Position numbers and translations under genes: made by a program
The notes under the pieces: generated by a model
The model's database searches: none
The model's input: only the letters and a program-made list of their open reading frames with translations
Told to the model about the DNA's origin: nothing
Part shown: in pieces, positions 1-14,144 of the stretch
Numbering within the stretch: position 1 is the stretch's first letter
Layout: the number at the start of each line of letters is the position of its first letter
NCBI GenBank assembly: GCA_051294375.1
Contig: CM119268.1
Location: 5,507,221-5,571,220 of the forward strand
Source: Paraspadella gotoi
Lineage: Eukaryota; Animalia; Chaetognatha
DNA length: 64,000 nt
Reading direction: 5' to 3'

Positions 1-489
1 GAGAGAGAGAGAGAGAGAGAGAGAATAGTGTTGACTCTCTTAATTGATTTGTCGATAAACGAATCTTGAGACAGAGTCAGTGGATGGGCCGACCGGAGAA
101 ACAAAGACGACAACAACAACAAAAAACCCCAAAAACAACAACAACAACAACATTGCTCCAAAACGAGTTGCGATCCAAAGAAAAAAGAGAAACGACGGAA
201 GGAATAAGACAGACACGATTTCTTTGTTTTGTAAAGGGAGGTGGAGTCCTCATCATTTTATAAACATTTTGTAGAGAAGAAAAATAAAAAAAGAAACGAA
301 AAGAAACGAAAAGAAACGAAAAGAAACGAAAAGAAAAGAAACGAAAAGAAACGAAAAGAAACGAACAGAAACGAAAAGAAAAGAAACGATGGTCGCATAT
401 AAAAACCGAAACTTTTTAACGTTTTTAATTCTTTGATGTAATAAAAGTTACTTAACCTAGTCTAATGAACCCAAAAGTAACAGTTTAGA

Positions 490-640
490 TATTTTTCAAT
501 CTTTATTATGAAATTGGTACAACGAGTATAAAAATTATCCATTCATTTAATAAATAAGCTATCTTGCCCCTGACTTTGGACAGGCTTTGGTGGTTTAAGG
601 CCTCCATCACTCTTACAAGATAATGACATAGCAGGTTCTG
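490..640 (+). repeat. Dispersed repeat (MITE-like) beginning ATGAAATTGGTACAAC
   Basis: About 505-635 has an inverted copy at ~42040-42152. The ATGAAATTGGTACAAC motif recurs near 840, 35471, 56484 (partial) and 59150 (reverse). Confidence 0.55.
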
Positions 641-2843
641 CAAGCTTTCAATCAAGACTCTCTCACAGTCTTATTTATTCAAAGTACCTCGCTTCCCTAT
701 CAATAAAGTGGTGTAAAATTACAAAAATGTTTCAATGGTAGTATGAACTATGAAAAGACCCCTCCCTTAACTTTAGTATTAGATCAAGGAATAATATATT
801 GTACTCCGCCCAGCATCAAGATACAAGAAGCTGAATTTTATGAAATTGGTACAACCAATATGAAAATTATATTTTAAATAAATCATTTTTCCCCTCCCAT
901 TCTCCTCTCTCTCCTCCGTCGCCTCTTTTTCTCCTCCTCCTCCTCCTCCTCCTCCTCCTCCTCCTTCCAAAAAACACCGCAAGATTTTGCAGCTTAAAGC
1001 GACTTTAGTCTTCGCGTCTCAATTCCTTGAATCCTTCACAGGCAAAAAAAAAACAAACTTGCAGCAAATGCAGCAACTGGCGAATTTGACGCAAGTGTCA
1101 ATTTTTTAACTATTGGTTGATTCTCAATTGCAGTTAGATATACAATTGTATTTCTTGTTGCTCTTTTTGAAATTTTATTGCATCAGCAGCTTTCATGTTT
1201 TTATTGCATCAGTAGCGGTAGCCGACCAAATTCAAATTTTAATGGGAACAGTATTAAACTAATCCATTATTGCTATTAATTATTGTATTAAAATATTTTT
1301 TTGCAAAAATGTTCCGAACCATGAGTAATTCGCTAATTAATATTATTATATTGCTATATAATGTCAAAAATTTTTTTTGGATATTTTAAGTTTTTTTAAT
1401 TGATTCTGATAGAGCTTAAAAAGTTAAGCAAAAAATATAATTACAACTTATTAAAATTTTGCTGTTTTATTACTAAAAATTAATAAAAACTGCTAAAATC
1501 ATCGGATGATGATGATGATGATGATTTTTTAAGGTTTTTCCCAATTTTGACCCACTTATCATCAAAATATTGAAAAAAGAATTATACTTTGTGTAGACAA
1601 CTTTTTATAAGCTATCTGAATCTGCTTTTAAAATTACAAAATTTAAAAAAAAATTTTGACATTTCCTATCTATAAATAAATATTAAAAAATTAATTACTA
1701 ATGCTTCTAGCCATTTTAGAAAATTTTGGTCCATTGAAAGTTTTCTCAGAAATGTATGAAGTTTCATTTAGAGAGGTTCCCAAATCAAACTTCTGACCCA
1801 CCCCATTGACAAAGTTTGGCTCTAGCATCAGCGGCGAATATGTATGTCTTTTCTTCAACAGTAACCTTTTGGGCTTTGCTGAATGAAGAGCTTTCTCGCC
1901 TTGTTTCCATCAGCAGATTTTATGGCTTTGAATGCTCAATCGCTCTTATGTCTTGACAGCTTTTATACAATGTATACAATGTATACAAATATACATGTAT
2001 GCATACATGCTGCATAAATCCTAGCCTGCGGATGCTGTTCGACTGAATTGATCCCATGGACCAAAAGCTTGATTCCTTTACAAACACACACACTCTCTCT
2101 CTCTTTTTCTCCCTCTCTCTCTCTNNNNNNNNNNNNNNNNNNNNNNNNNNNNNNNNNNNNNNNNNNNNNNNNNNNNNNNNNNNNNNNNNNNNNNNNNNNN
2201 NNNNNNNNNNNNNNNNNNNNNNNNNNNNNNNNNNNNNNNNNNNNNNNNNNNNNNNNNNNNNNNNGACGACGACGACGACGACGACGACGACATAAAAGTC
2301 CAGTTCGATCCAATTGGGTTATGTTTGCGCAGCGATTCTTTGCTTACTGAACTAAAATGTCACTCAACTGTTGCCATGTCTTATTCCTGCCCAATTGCCC
2401 ATCCGGTTAACACCTTGCCCGCTCTCTTTGTCCGGCATCCGANNNNNNNNNNNNNNNNNNNNNNNNNNNNNNNNNNNNNNNNNNNNNNNNNNNNNNNNNN
2501 NNNNNNNNNNNNNNNNNNNNNNNNNNNNNNNNNNNNNNNNNNNNNNNNNNNNNNNNNNNNNNNNNNNNNNNNNNNNNNNNNNNNNNNNNNNNNNNNNNNN
2601 NNNNNNNNNNNNNNNNNNNNNNNNNNNNNNNNNNNNNCCTCTCCCTTTCTTTGCTCCTCTGCCCGCTCCCTTTGCCCGGCATTCAACCATCTGCTATTCT
2701 TTGCCCTCTCCATTTTTTTGCCCCTCTGCCCACTCCCCTTGCTCGGATCCAACCATCTGCTCTCCTCTGCCCTCTCTCTTTCTTTGCTTCACTGCGTTTT
2801 CGCCTGTCTAATCGCTAAAATTTATAGTTAATTTTAATATTAG

Positions 2844-3660
2844 GTAAATTATAACAAGTAAATGAATAGTAGAATAATTTTGAGACGCACAATCGTTAAG
2901 CTTATTTTGCTATCTCTTTGATACTCCTGCGACGATAATATTAAAAAAATAATCAACCGCCTAAATTTTCGGGTCAGTAAATAATTTTTTTTAAAAAAAA
3001 ATTCGTTTGAGGTTTTATTTAATAATTTTTTTTTGCAATTTTTATTATTTTTTGCGTTTTAATCTCGCTATAAGCTTTATGACTTTGAAACATGAAAAAC
3101 GAGGCTTTCAAAATCTGCTCCTTTTTTTCCCTCCCTCTCTGTCTCTGTCGCTCTCTCTCTGTCTCTGTCGCGCTCTCTCTGTCTCTGTCGCTCTCTCTCT
3201 CTCTCTNNNNNNNNNNNNNNNNNNNNNNNNNATCTCTTCGTTCTCTCATCATCCTCCTATTCTCTTCTTTGCTCTCCGTCCCGGCTCTCTCCTCTCCTCC
3301 TCTCCCATCATTTCTCGTCTGCAGTCTCTCTCCTCCGTCCTACTCTCTCTCTCTCTCCGTAATTAAATTGAAAACAAATTAATATTAACAAATAAATCAC
3401 GTAACTAAAGTAGAACAAATCTCGTTATTTAATTTTTGTACACATTTTCTTTCACATTTTTAACCTTTATTAAAATTTTCCGTTTGGCCTTATTGTGTGT
3501 TAATTCGTTATTAGTATGGTTCTAAAATTTCTCTCGTTATAAAAAAAAGTATCTCGTTTTTTTTTTCCGATCATTGTTCGTTCAAGGTCGCGGTTTCTCA
3601 TATAAGGCACACATACCCAACCTCCTTTATTTTAATGCTTCAGGCGGCGAAAAAAGGAGG
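2844..3660 (+). repeat. Segment duplicated at ~23080-23850; its 3' part also at ~13735-13850
   Basis: Colinear, indel-rich match, e.g. ATAAGCTTTATGACTTTGAAACATGAAAA and CGCGGTTTCTCATATAAGGCACA. Confidence 0.75.
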
Positions 3661-6039
3661 AAGAGAGAGAGAAGAGAGAAGAGAGAGAGAGTACGGCCTA
3701 GCGTTCGACTTTCTGGTAGACCCTAAGCGGTTGGACTCCTCTTACGTTCCTCATTCTTCTCTGGGTCTCCCCCCTTCCATCCTCTCTTCATCTCCCTTCA
3801 CTCCACTTCTAATTTACCTCGGGGACTTCCCGTCTTTTGGGTTTTTAATTCTTCTGGGACAAGAAAAACCGGGTACGATTTATCAAAAAAACCGGGGACT
3901 TCTCAACAAAGCAGCTTTCACGTGACACTTCGCGGTCTCTCGCACGCGTCTTACGTGATTTTCACTTTTTATAAATCAACGTGACCTTTAACATGGTTTG
4001 TTTAGAGAAATCGCTCTTTGCATCCACGCCTCCGGTGCGGCTCGGAGAGACGGGCTAATCCGATGATAAAATGATAAAGTGGAAGGCGGAGGAACTTGTG
4101 ATATAAACGGGTCGCAAAACCGAGAGTGTGAAGTCGAGTGGTTCGCCATCGTTGAAATCGATTTGTGAAAGGTGAGAATCGAACCTGGGACGTATTGGTT
4201 CGATAAGGTGAGCAGCGGTTCGCAGTGATGCCATCGTGGCGTTTTCAAACTAACAACGTTCGATCTTAAACTGGTGTAGCTAAATAATAAATATGCCCGA
4301 TATACAGGCTTTGGTTAAGCTTTACAGGTTTAGTAATCACTAACTGAAAAAAAATTAAGCTACTTTATGATTTAAATAAAAATCTGGAACGTGTTTAACG
4401 AGTATCGAACGTAATTACTCTAAATCGGCCCACTTTAAATTATCGGCCATCGCTCTTTTTTTTTCCGATAACGACCGACGACACCATATCATACGGTAAA
4501 AGTTTTTAATGGAATCCTTTTAATCGCGCTTCAAAACAGGGAATATGTAGCAGAGTAACTGTTGTTCATTAAAATGAGATTGAGTTTTCAATTATCAATT
4601 TAACATATTGTCGCAGTCTGAGATCATTTCTCAGATCCTTTTGAAGTCTTAATTTATTATTTAGAAATTACTTATAGGGTTTATTTAAAATTAAGTTTTT
4701 CCAATCAAAATTTAAATTTCTTGTAGTATATCTGTAATAAACATATAAGCATGCCCCCCCTTTAGAAAATATTCAGATTAAAAATCCCCACTTTCTCCTT
4801 ATATCATACTCTAAATTTGTTTCGTAAAAGTCCGATCTCATCTCCCCTCGCCATAACCCTTCTATCTCTCCGAACACTCCCACCCTCTAATCACTCCCTC
4901 TTCATCACCAGCTCTAATCACCTACCCCAGCCGTCGTCGCCCGAATCGACTAATGTCGGCGCCCCGCTTCGCGGGCGTGACGTGGCAGCTGCGCGTGGCG
5001 ATAGAGTGAGTTTTACCCGCGGTTGGGGGGGGGGAATAGGAATCAAGAGGCGAGGGTTGGTGTCAGGGGGGTGTCGACTTTTGTAGTGCGCGTAGGCCCG
5101 CGAGGCCAAAGGGCGTTGATCACAAAATCCCTCGTGAAGGCAATGGCTCGTGACCATCCGGGCCTCAATGTCGCGAAAGGGTGGGGTGAGTTTGTCATGG
5201 TGACATGAAGAGGAAAAGAAGGGGACAATCTTTGCGCAGGGAGGATTCAAGAACCGGTTGATTATTGTAAGCGGCGGGAAGGAAGAAGAGAGAACGGCAT
5301 GAGAATAAAGACTTACGAAGATGGAATAATATTTACTAAGTAGATAATTTTGGAATAATTTTTAAATCTGAAAAATAACATAAAATGAAGAGAGGTAAGT
5401 GAATAACTGAATCGACAATAAATGATCCTAATAGAGAGGGGGAGAGAGACGAGAGATAGATTGATATATATATTAAAGAGAGAGAGAGAGAGAAAAGACC
5501 ACAACCGTTGTTCTTTGGATATCAAATTCAAATAATTTAAATTAGCCAATTCTTAAATTTTTAATTTGGCCCCAGGGACGAAACAGGCTAAGAAAAAGAC
5601 GACGATGACGACAACGAAGACGACGGACCACGAAGGCGGAAATGAAGCGACATAATATAGGACAAAATCAAAAACAAGGAAGCGAAAAACGTCCAAATAA
5701 CAATAAACAACAACGAGGCCAATTAAATAGCCGGGCTTGGCCAAGGACAGATATGGCGCTCGGACGTCACCTGCTAACCCTCACGCAAACGCTAATCACC
5801 GCTGTCAAATCACCGCTGTAATCAACCGCTGTCAATCACCCTCCGCCACAGGTAAACAAATAGCGACAACAACAACATTATCAAAAAAAAAACAACAGCG
5901 CAAACAACACGTAACCACAACAATAACAACTACAACGACGACGAAAGATCAATGAGGACGCGATCTCGGATGCTCCGCTGAAAAAAATCGAAGAGGAACA
6001 ATCTTTTAAAAGCAATAAGGAATCGAGCCTACTTTTGAT

Positions 6040-6260
6040 GATAACCAAAATATTGATCAGCGATGATAACCAAATATTGATGCGATAAACAATAATTGAT
6101 GCGATGATAATAAAAATAACTGATGTGATGAATAATCAAATGATTGATGCGAAATATAGTCATTCCATTGATGTGAATGATAATCATTCAATTGATATGA
6201 TGATAATCATTCATGTGATGCGAGATAGTTCATTCATGTGACGCGATGAAGTCATTGCAT
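6040..6260 (+). repeat. Degenerate ~21-bp minisatellite (GATGCGATGATAATCAAATAATT-like)
   Basis: About 10 visible recurrences of TTGATGYGATGATAA. Confidence 0.65.
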
Positions 6261-7929
6261 CGTAATAAAAACAAACAAATGCGTGTATGAATGAAAGGAT
6301 AGAAGAGAGGAGAGAGAGAGAGAGAGAGAAGAGAGCAGAGAAAGGAGTGAGAGAGGCTAGTCAGTTTTCACTCTCCGTTATCATAAAGTATAATCGCAAA
6401 GCTGGACCGCCCTGCAGAGCGAACATCTAGTTTTTCGACGTACTGAGTAGGGACGAACCTGTTCCTTTCCTTTGAATGAAATTTTAGATTGTTCTTTTTT
6501 TAAGAAGAAACCAGAACGAGGGTCAAAAAATTTTCATATTTGCCATATTTTAACTAATTATAAAAATATTGTCCCAACTCAAATAATTAAATTTATTTAG
6601 TAAAAAAGAATAAAAAATGGATTAAATATATACCTTGCAATGAGGATAAAAGGCTAAAAGGGAGTTTCGAGCCTACTTTTGCATCAAATTTATTTGATCT
6701 CAAGAGACAACTCCTTTAACCCATATTATCAATTATTGCAGCCATTTGGTATTTCAGAAGGGTTCAGTTTACATGTAAGGACGCTCATTACCCGTGTGAG
6801 AAGATTAACAAGGTCAATCGTTGACAAAAATAGAAAAATATGAAAAAAAAGTGTGTGACAAATTTTTTTGAACTGTAGTTTCGAAATTTAGGTACTGTCA
6901 CAAATGGTTAAAAACGCATTTGTTAATACAGTATTCTGTTAGATGCAGACGCAAGCCCTTACCTCTAATAATTTTGCGACAGTTTGTTCAAGGTTGTTCA
7001 TAATCAATAATATATCAAAATTTGGAACTGACAAACAGGTTTCTAAACTATTTTATTCAAATATTTTCTTTTTGCACTGATGTCTTTGTTATGAGAAAAA
7101 ACAACGAAAAAATGGAGGGTTAGTTGAGCGGTTAAAACTATGTTGGTTGTGAATCATTGCCGAATGAATAAATTTGAATAAAAATAAGTGCCACAAACTT
7201 TGATGATAGGACATTTCTTTAATAGAAAAAATTGAATTTTTCAAGTTTTTTCGAAAAATATGATTTTGCGTTCATAAATTATAATTAAAGAAAACGCGTA
7301 AACATTTGCATTCTAAAAACATCAGATTGAGGTAATCAATTGCCGCCAAAAATCTGATGTTTTTTATTTTTTGATATTTTTAATTTTTTTTATGCAAAAA
7401 CATATTATGAATGAGCCTTGGTCAATCAATTTTTTTTTATCATTTTTTTCAATATAAGCCTGACTTTTTGCTACTGGATGTCTTTTCCCTACAGAAGACG
7501 CATGGGGGGAAAAAAAAATTTGGGGGTAGTAGCCATAATCTATATTTTTATGATTTAATCCAATGATTAATTTGAACAAAAAAAATAACGTAAACTTTGA
7601 AAACAGGGCATTTTATTTTTAAAATAATTGAATTTTTTAGTTGAAAAAAAGCAGAATTTTTTGTTTTCATCAATTTAAAATAAAGAAAAAAACCGAGCAA
7701 ACATTTTGTATTTCTAAAAACATCAGAATGGAATAATATTTTGGGCCAAATCTGGTGTTTTTCATTTTTTTAAATTTTCATTTTTATGGCAAAAAAATAA
7801 TTATCGAAATGATCATTGGTCCAATCAATTTTTAAATCTTTTTCTTATACAAGACTGACTTTATTTAACTGATGTCCTTTCATTAAACAAGTTGTCGAAT
7901 CTGCCTACGATAATTAAGTGGTAAAAGCC

Positions 7930-8222
7930 TAACTTGGTCAACTTGGAAAATTTAATCAACCTTGCATTAATTTGGTCAACTGCAATAATTTGGTTCAATG
8001 ACATAATTTTGTCAGCTGGCATAATTTAGTCAACTGACCAAAATTTGGTCAAACTGCATAATTTGGTCAACTTGACATAGATTTGGTTAACTGACATAAT
8101 TTGGCAACTCGACAGCAATAATTTGGTCAACCTGACTTAATTTGTTTAACCTGACATAATTTTGTTTAACCTGACATAATTTGGTTAACTGACATAATTT
8201 GTTCACTGACATAGATTTTGTC
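7930..8222 (+). repeat. 18-19-bp minisatellite (ATAATTTGGTCAAC(C)TGAC)n
   Basis: About 15 tandem imperfect units read directly. Confidence 0.8.
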
Positions 8223-8289
8223 ATATCATCAATCAATCAGAGAGAGATAGAGAGAAACTTAAAAAATTCAAATAAACCTGGCTGTCTTT

Positions 8290-8947
8290 TGTTTTCTAAT
8301 TGAACTCTTTTCCACTCCTACAATTCCATCAAAAAATTTATAGTCCATTATCCAGCTTTTATCAATACTTTTCCTACCCTACACACAAAATTCCATTTCA
8401 ATTTATCTACCAATTTTTAAATAAACTAATAATTATGAGTAAATTTAAGTAAAAATACTTCAAGTAATATATGACTTTTGTTTTTTTTCCATTTTAACTC
8501 ATTTCCACTCGCATGATTCCATCGAAACTTTATATCCACTCAATCACACACTTTCCTACCATTCATACAAAATTTCAAGTCAATTGGCCTATCCAGTCAT
8601 GAAGCAATTGGCGTTCAAATAGTGAATAGATTTTTTTCGTTTTTTCCAATTAAACCAATTTTCACTCGCAAGATTCCATCGAAACTTTATATCCATAATC
8701 AATCACAAGTTTCCCTACCCACACACAAATTTCATTACCAATCCAGTCCATCCAATCAGCGAGTAATTGGTGTTTATTGCTAAGGCGGGGACGGACGGTC
8801 GAGGACGGACATCGTTTTTTACATAATTTATCATATTTCGATGTTCTGACAGATATGGCGCAGTGGAGTGCCCGACAATATTGAGGGGGCGGGACCGAGG
8901 ACAAAGTGAATTATAGAGTCGTGATCTCTGAAAAGCAGACCGACTAA
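8290..8947 (-). mobile_element. Helentron/DINE-like non-autonomous element with three internal ~170-190-bp tandem repeats
   Basis: Minus strand starts TTAGTCG...CGACTCTATAATTCACTTTGTCC followed by GTCC microsatellite. A similar start occurs at 63811 (+) and ~28845-28895 (-). The internal repeat (ATTCCATCGAAACTT...CCTACCCACACACAAA) has an inverted copy at ~58750-58870. Confidence 0.5.
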
Positions 8948-8979
8948 TATAATTGTTAATAAGATGAACATTTAATGTG

Positions 8980-9172
8980 TGTAGTCGGGTATTGCTAGGT
9001 TTCACTCGCCTAGAATCATGACACTTTTCAGTTGTGGACCCGGAGGCTAATTGAGTAAAGCCACAAGCTCATGACCACTAGGGACGGGTTCAATCCCAAC
9101 CGGTACCTAACCCTGCGGGAAGCGGAGGACGGCCGTAAGCGCTTGTGGGCAGTGGCAACCCTCAAACCTGCA
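8980..9172 (+). mobile_element. 3'-truncated copy of the tRNA-containing LTR
   Basis: Starts TGTAGTCGGG, is colinear with 35048-35240, keeps B box GGTTCAATCCC and breaks into a GA tract. Confidence 0.7.
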
Positions 9173-12100
9173 AGAAGAGAGAGATAATAAAAAGACACAA
9201 AACAAAAGAGGAGAGAGGAGAGAAGAAACAGATAGAGAGAAAGAAGAAGAGAGAGGATTTGATTGACTAATTTTTTAATTTGATTGATTGATTTGGTTAA
9301 TGCTGAAAGCTCTTAAATAGTACAACGGAATTTCCTATTTGGAATTATGAGACTATTCATTCTTTGGCTTGAGATTTTCCCATCTTTTTTTATGTAGATT
9401 TTATATTCCTGTTCATTACTTGTATTTCTGCCAAAAGAATTCTTCCTATCATTCAAATCTCTTCTCTCTCTCCTTTTGCTTCTAAATTAAATTTCAACCT
9501 TTACACAGTAACATCCAAATGTGTGACCTTTTGAGTCTCTTCTTGTTTTTCTTTTTCTTTAAAGCTTTACTAATAATTAACTTTTTTATGGATTGATGGA
9601 TTATGGATACTCATTGATGAAATTATTTTTTTTAATATTCCATAAAGTTTAAATTCAGTCTATTTGTTGACCCTACTAAACGTTTTCCAAATATATTTTT
9701 TATTCTAATTAAAGATCGCATGCGTTAGATTCTTAAATTATCAAAATAGCTGCCGTTATAAAAAGCTAAAAATGCAATAATCTCATTGCATATTGCAGTA
9801 AAAAGAAATAATCCTTTTAAAAAAAATATACATAATATATTTTTTTTTCAGGCTTTAAAACGCTTATAATATATGTGTTATTATGATCAAAAGGTTTAAG
9901 AAACAATTTTTTTTTTAACAAAAAAAATGAATTTGAAAAAAAAGTATTTGTAAGAATGAAAAAAGATAGATGTGAAAACAGAATCCCAGCCAGAAATTCA
10001 AGAAATGGAACAAAAATTGATCGAAAATGAACTTTTTTATGCAATGGCAATAGGTTTAGTTCCAATAAATATTTATGGTAATGGATTTTTAAATTATCAC
10101 TGTATTTTTAACTGTATCTTCGATAGCTGTAACAATTTTGCATAGATTTTTAGGAATACTTCTGTAAAGATTCGGGGAATAAAAAAAAATATTCAGATGG
10201 GCTGAAATCAATAATATTTTTTCGCCTTCGGTGGAACTCTCTTCAGCTTTCTAGCTAGCATGCCGTCATATCACAAAAAAATAATTTTAAATTTAAATTG
10301 TAAAAATTATTAGAATAACAAAAAAAGTAATGGTTTAATTTGACAATATCTCTCTCTCAACCCTATTTTAGATATAATTTGCCAATAGTGGGCGACCGGT
10401 CCAAAAGTTTACAGTAATAGACCAAAACAAAAAAAATTTTATTTGTTAGAAAGTTATAATTAATTAAATTAATCCGGCCGCAATTGCCGACATATAGCAG
10501 CTATTGGGTACGCCAAGCGCGAGAGCTGAAAATTGTAAAACATGTGACAGTTGCTGCATTTATAAGTTATTTTTCCGTTTTTTCTAAAAGAAATGAAAAT
10601 CTCGATGTAAATTTGGGATTTTGTATAGAGAAAAAAAATAAATGGGGCGATAAAAAAGTTTTTAGAAGGAAAAAAGATAATAAGAAGTTTTCAAACGAAC
10701 GGTGCGTACATAAGAGAGAGAGACAGAGAGAGAAGAGAGCGAGAGAGAGTGAAGAAAAAAGTGAACTAAAAATTTTTGTTGTAAAAAAAAAAGAGAGAGG
10801 AAGAGAGAGAGATAGAGAGAGCCGGACTTCGTTACTGTACGTTTACTCGTCGCGCAGTGACGGAGGTAAAAAAAAGGTGACTTAAAATTATTTTAGTACA
10901 AAAAAAAGAGATAGAAAAGAGAGAAAGTAGAGAGAGAGACAGATAGAGGAGAAAGGATAGATGATAGATAGAGAGAGAGAGAGAGAGAGCCCAGGAACAC
11001 GTGTTTACTCCGTTTACAAGTGAATAAATTTTTTTTTGTAAAAAAAAAATAAGAGAGAGAGAGTGAGAGAAGAGAAGAGAGATGAGAGGAAGAGAGAAGA
11101 AAGAGAGAGAGAGAGAAGGAGAGAGAGAGAGAGAGAGAGAGAAGAGAGGAGAGAGAGAGAGAAAGTTTTACCCTACCGCCAGGATACGCAACATTAGGTC
11201 ACTCTTGTTTATATCGGCGTGATCTCGGTCAAAGTTGAATGTTATTTTGAGTATGAGCAGCCTATACGCGTTGAGTTAGGTCGATGATCTCGTCTCGACA
11301 TTGGTTTACCTCGTGCCCGCAACGGCCACGAATCCAGGTGAATTAGTTTATTCTTCACATTTTCTTCCAAAAAAAATCGCACGAAAAATCTCAGATGTAA
11401 ATTTGGGATTTGTATTGAAAAGAAGCGCGGAAGTGAGTAGTTATTATGGCCGAAATAAGGATGAAAAGTGTTTAGAAGACAAGAAATAATATAGAATTTT
11501 TCAAAAAAAGCGGTGGTAAAGGACAGCAGTGGTGAATAATTTTTTTTGTAAAACAAAAAAGAGAGAGAGAGAGAGAGAGACAGAGAGAGAGAGAGAAGCA
11601 GAGAGAGAGAGAGACGGAGGGAGAACGGACGGGGGAGAGGAGAGAGAGCTGAACTCGTTATTTTTTAAAACGATCTCAGATAAGGCAGCGCGCTGATCAA
11701 TATGAGTATGTTTGTAGATAAGAACAAAAATAAATCAGCAGAAATTTTTTCAAGAAAACGAACGCATGCACGCAAGAGATCGCACACAAAGAGAGACAGA
11801 AGGAAACTGAGAAACTCGTTTTTCTTAAGCGATTCAGAAAAGGCAGACGCCTAAAAAATATATATATAATTAAAAATAAATAAAAGAAGGCCAAAAGAAT
11901 CGTTACACAATGGTTTATCCCAATTGGAAACTTTTTCCAATTGTTTTTCCAAAAATCGCAAGCTTGTAAAAGATTTTAATTTTTATTTGTATTAAAATTA
12001 AGATATAAGCTTCTCATTAAAAAAATCCTTTGCAGTTCCCATTTTTATATAGAAAGTTTAAAAAAAAATTTTGAGATTATCAATGTTCAATTAATACTGC

Positions 12101-12498
12101 AAATATGTAACTTATGCTTATAAGCATGTTTCTATATACTAATTTGGAATATTATATATGAGTAGCTTATAATCTCATTTGCATATTGCAGTAAATGATA
12201 ATGAAGTGGAAATTCCAAACTAAAAATACTTAAATACCAAATGGTAATATAAAGATCACGCTATTTCAAGATGAAATAGCCATAGTCCTTAAATTTTTAA
12301 CTTAACTATGACGGCGACACTTTTTGGTAAACTTTATCATAATTTCATAAGTAATTTTTATTTTAAAAAAAACGGTAAGTCCCACCAGCCAAACGGTATA
12401 AAGAGCGTAGTAGGTTTTTAATTAATGGAAAACAGCGTGACCAGCCGACGACGGACGACGACGACGTCACAACAAGAAGCAACCGCTAAAACATTATA

Positions 12499-12529
12499 GA
12501 GCCTGACCCGGCTTCGGCCGGTCAGGCTC
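12499..12529. other. GC-rich hairpin GAGCCTGAC(C)CGGC-TTCG-GCCGGTCAGGCTC, probably a Helitron/Helentron-type subterminal hairpin
   Basis: 13-bp stem with one bulge, preceded by a (GAC)n tract and followed by an A run. Confidence 0.45.
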
Positions 12530-14107
12530 GATAAAAAGATTTACGTTTTGAGTTCAATTCGGGTGAAGCAAAGGCTAGAGACAGAGAATGAAGACAAAAA
12601 ACACTTTCCTAAATCTCTCCTCTCTCTCTCTTTTCCGCTCTTCTCCTATCTCTCCTCCACACAGCACACACGCCCGTTGGCTATTGGAGTACATCTCTTT
12701 TGGAAACTAAGTCTCCAGCAGCCTAGTCTCGCGTGCTTGAGATGTTTTTGGACTAACTCTTTTTTTTTTTCTTTCTTCCTTATTTTCTTTTTGTTGTAGC
12801 ATCTTGCCTTTATTTTCTTTCTTGCTCCTTGTTACAAGTCATTCATTTTTTTAAAGATTTACTTCTTTATATAAATAGATGTCCAAGTTAAACTATTCAT
12901 AACACAAACATCTGCAACAAAAACAGAGATATTGAGGAGATTTCTGTAATATCTAGCACGAGTCTTTACCTTACGGCCCAGACCAAAGCTCGCGGACCAG
13001 TCGGCAACAACGAAGAAAGGGATCCTCGTCACTTAGTTCTCTATCCGTGCGAATTGAGAGGACGCGTGCGAATCTGTGGAAGTGATGCGATTCGGGATAG
13101 GGCTCTTGAAGTGATGCCTTTAAGGTGACACCAGCGCTTGACATAAATGGTGTATTGAGAGACGGGAGTCGAAGAAAAGTGATACTGGAAGAAACATCGT
13201 CACTTACAGTGATGGATGTGTGACAGCAGTCCAAGCGATAGCTTTCGAGTCATCCTGGCCATTTTAAAAGATTGATAAACTTTTAAGTAAATCACTGACG
13301 CTCAATCATAAAATCCTTTAAAGACAATATTGCTGGACAAGTCAAGGCTTCAATAATAGCTTAAATGCCATTATCGATAAGAATTGAGTATCGATGTTTA
13401 AACATGAAAGACGATATCAACATAGCTGATAATTCTTTGTAACTCTTTAGTAGTGCGGATCTATAGGAGGACGAAATACAGGTTATTTTAAAATAGACAC
13501 AGCTAAAGGTGACGGCCATCGTTTTAAAAACAAACTGGAGCGTCAAGTCGACAAACGATTGCGGACGGTTAAGTGACACCGTGTGACTGCCAAGTGACGC
13601 TCATCGTTTTAAAGCGAATTACTGTTAAGCGACGGCCATTGCGCCCGACGCCGTCGCTTCGTGGTCGACGGCCGCCCTTGACGCTCGAAGTGACGCAAAA
13701 GAGCGAAACTTGTACGCGAAACCAGAAGCAGAGAAAGAAAAAAGTATCTCGTTATTTCCGATCATCGTTCGTTCCAAGGTCGCGGTTTCTCATATAAGGC
13801 ACAACCAACTCTTTATTTATGCTTCAGCGCGCAAAAAAAGGAGACAAAGANNNNNNNNNNNNNNNNNNNNNNNNNNNNNNNNNNNNNNNNNNNNNNNNNN
13901 NNNNNNNNNNNNNNNNNNNNNNNNNNNNNNNNNNNNNNNNNNNNNNNNNNNNNNNNNNNNNNNNNNNNNNNNNNNNNNNNNNNNNNNNNNNNNNNNNNNN
14001 NNNNNNNNNNNNNNNNNNNNNNNNNNNNNNNNNNNNNNNNNNNNNNNNNNNNNNNNNNNNNNNNNNNNNNNNNNNNNNNNNNNNNNNNNNNNNNNNNNNN
14101 NNNNNNN

Positions 14108-14144
<37 letters not shown>

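Noticed and set aside
1800-1960. Minus-strand piece reading KARKLFIQ, faintly histone-fold-like
   Set aside because: Too short, interrupted by stops, and the similarity is not convincing.
66-3400. Short ORFs with R/E/S/L runs or X stretches
   Set aside because: They arise from microsatellites and N gaps; no domains or splice support.
3980-5300. Two GC-richer blocks (3980-4280, 4850-5300) that look exon-like
   Set aside because: No clean frame or recognisable motif in noisy sequence; cannot assign.
7930-8222. Regular repeat array as a possible CRISPR
   Set aside because: Head-to-tail units with no unique spacers, in eukaryotic context.
12950-13720. GC-richer stretch, possible exon or transposon remnant
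   Set aside because: No sustained ORF or recognisable motif.
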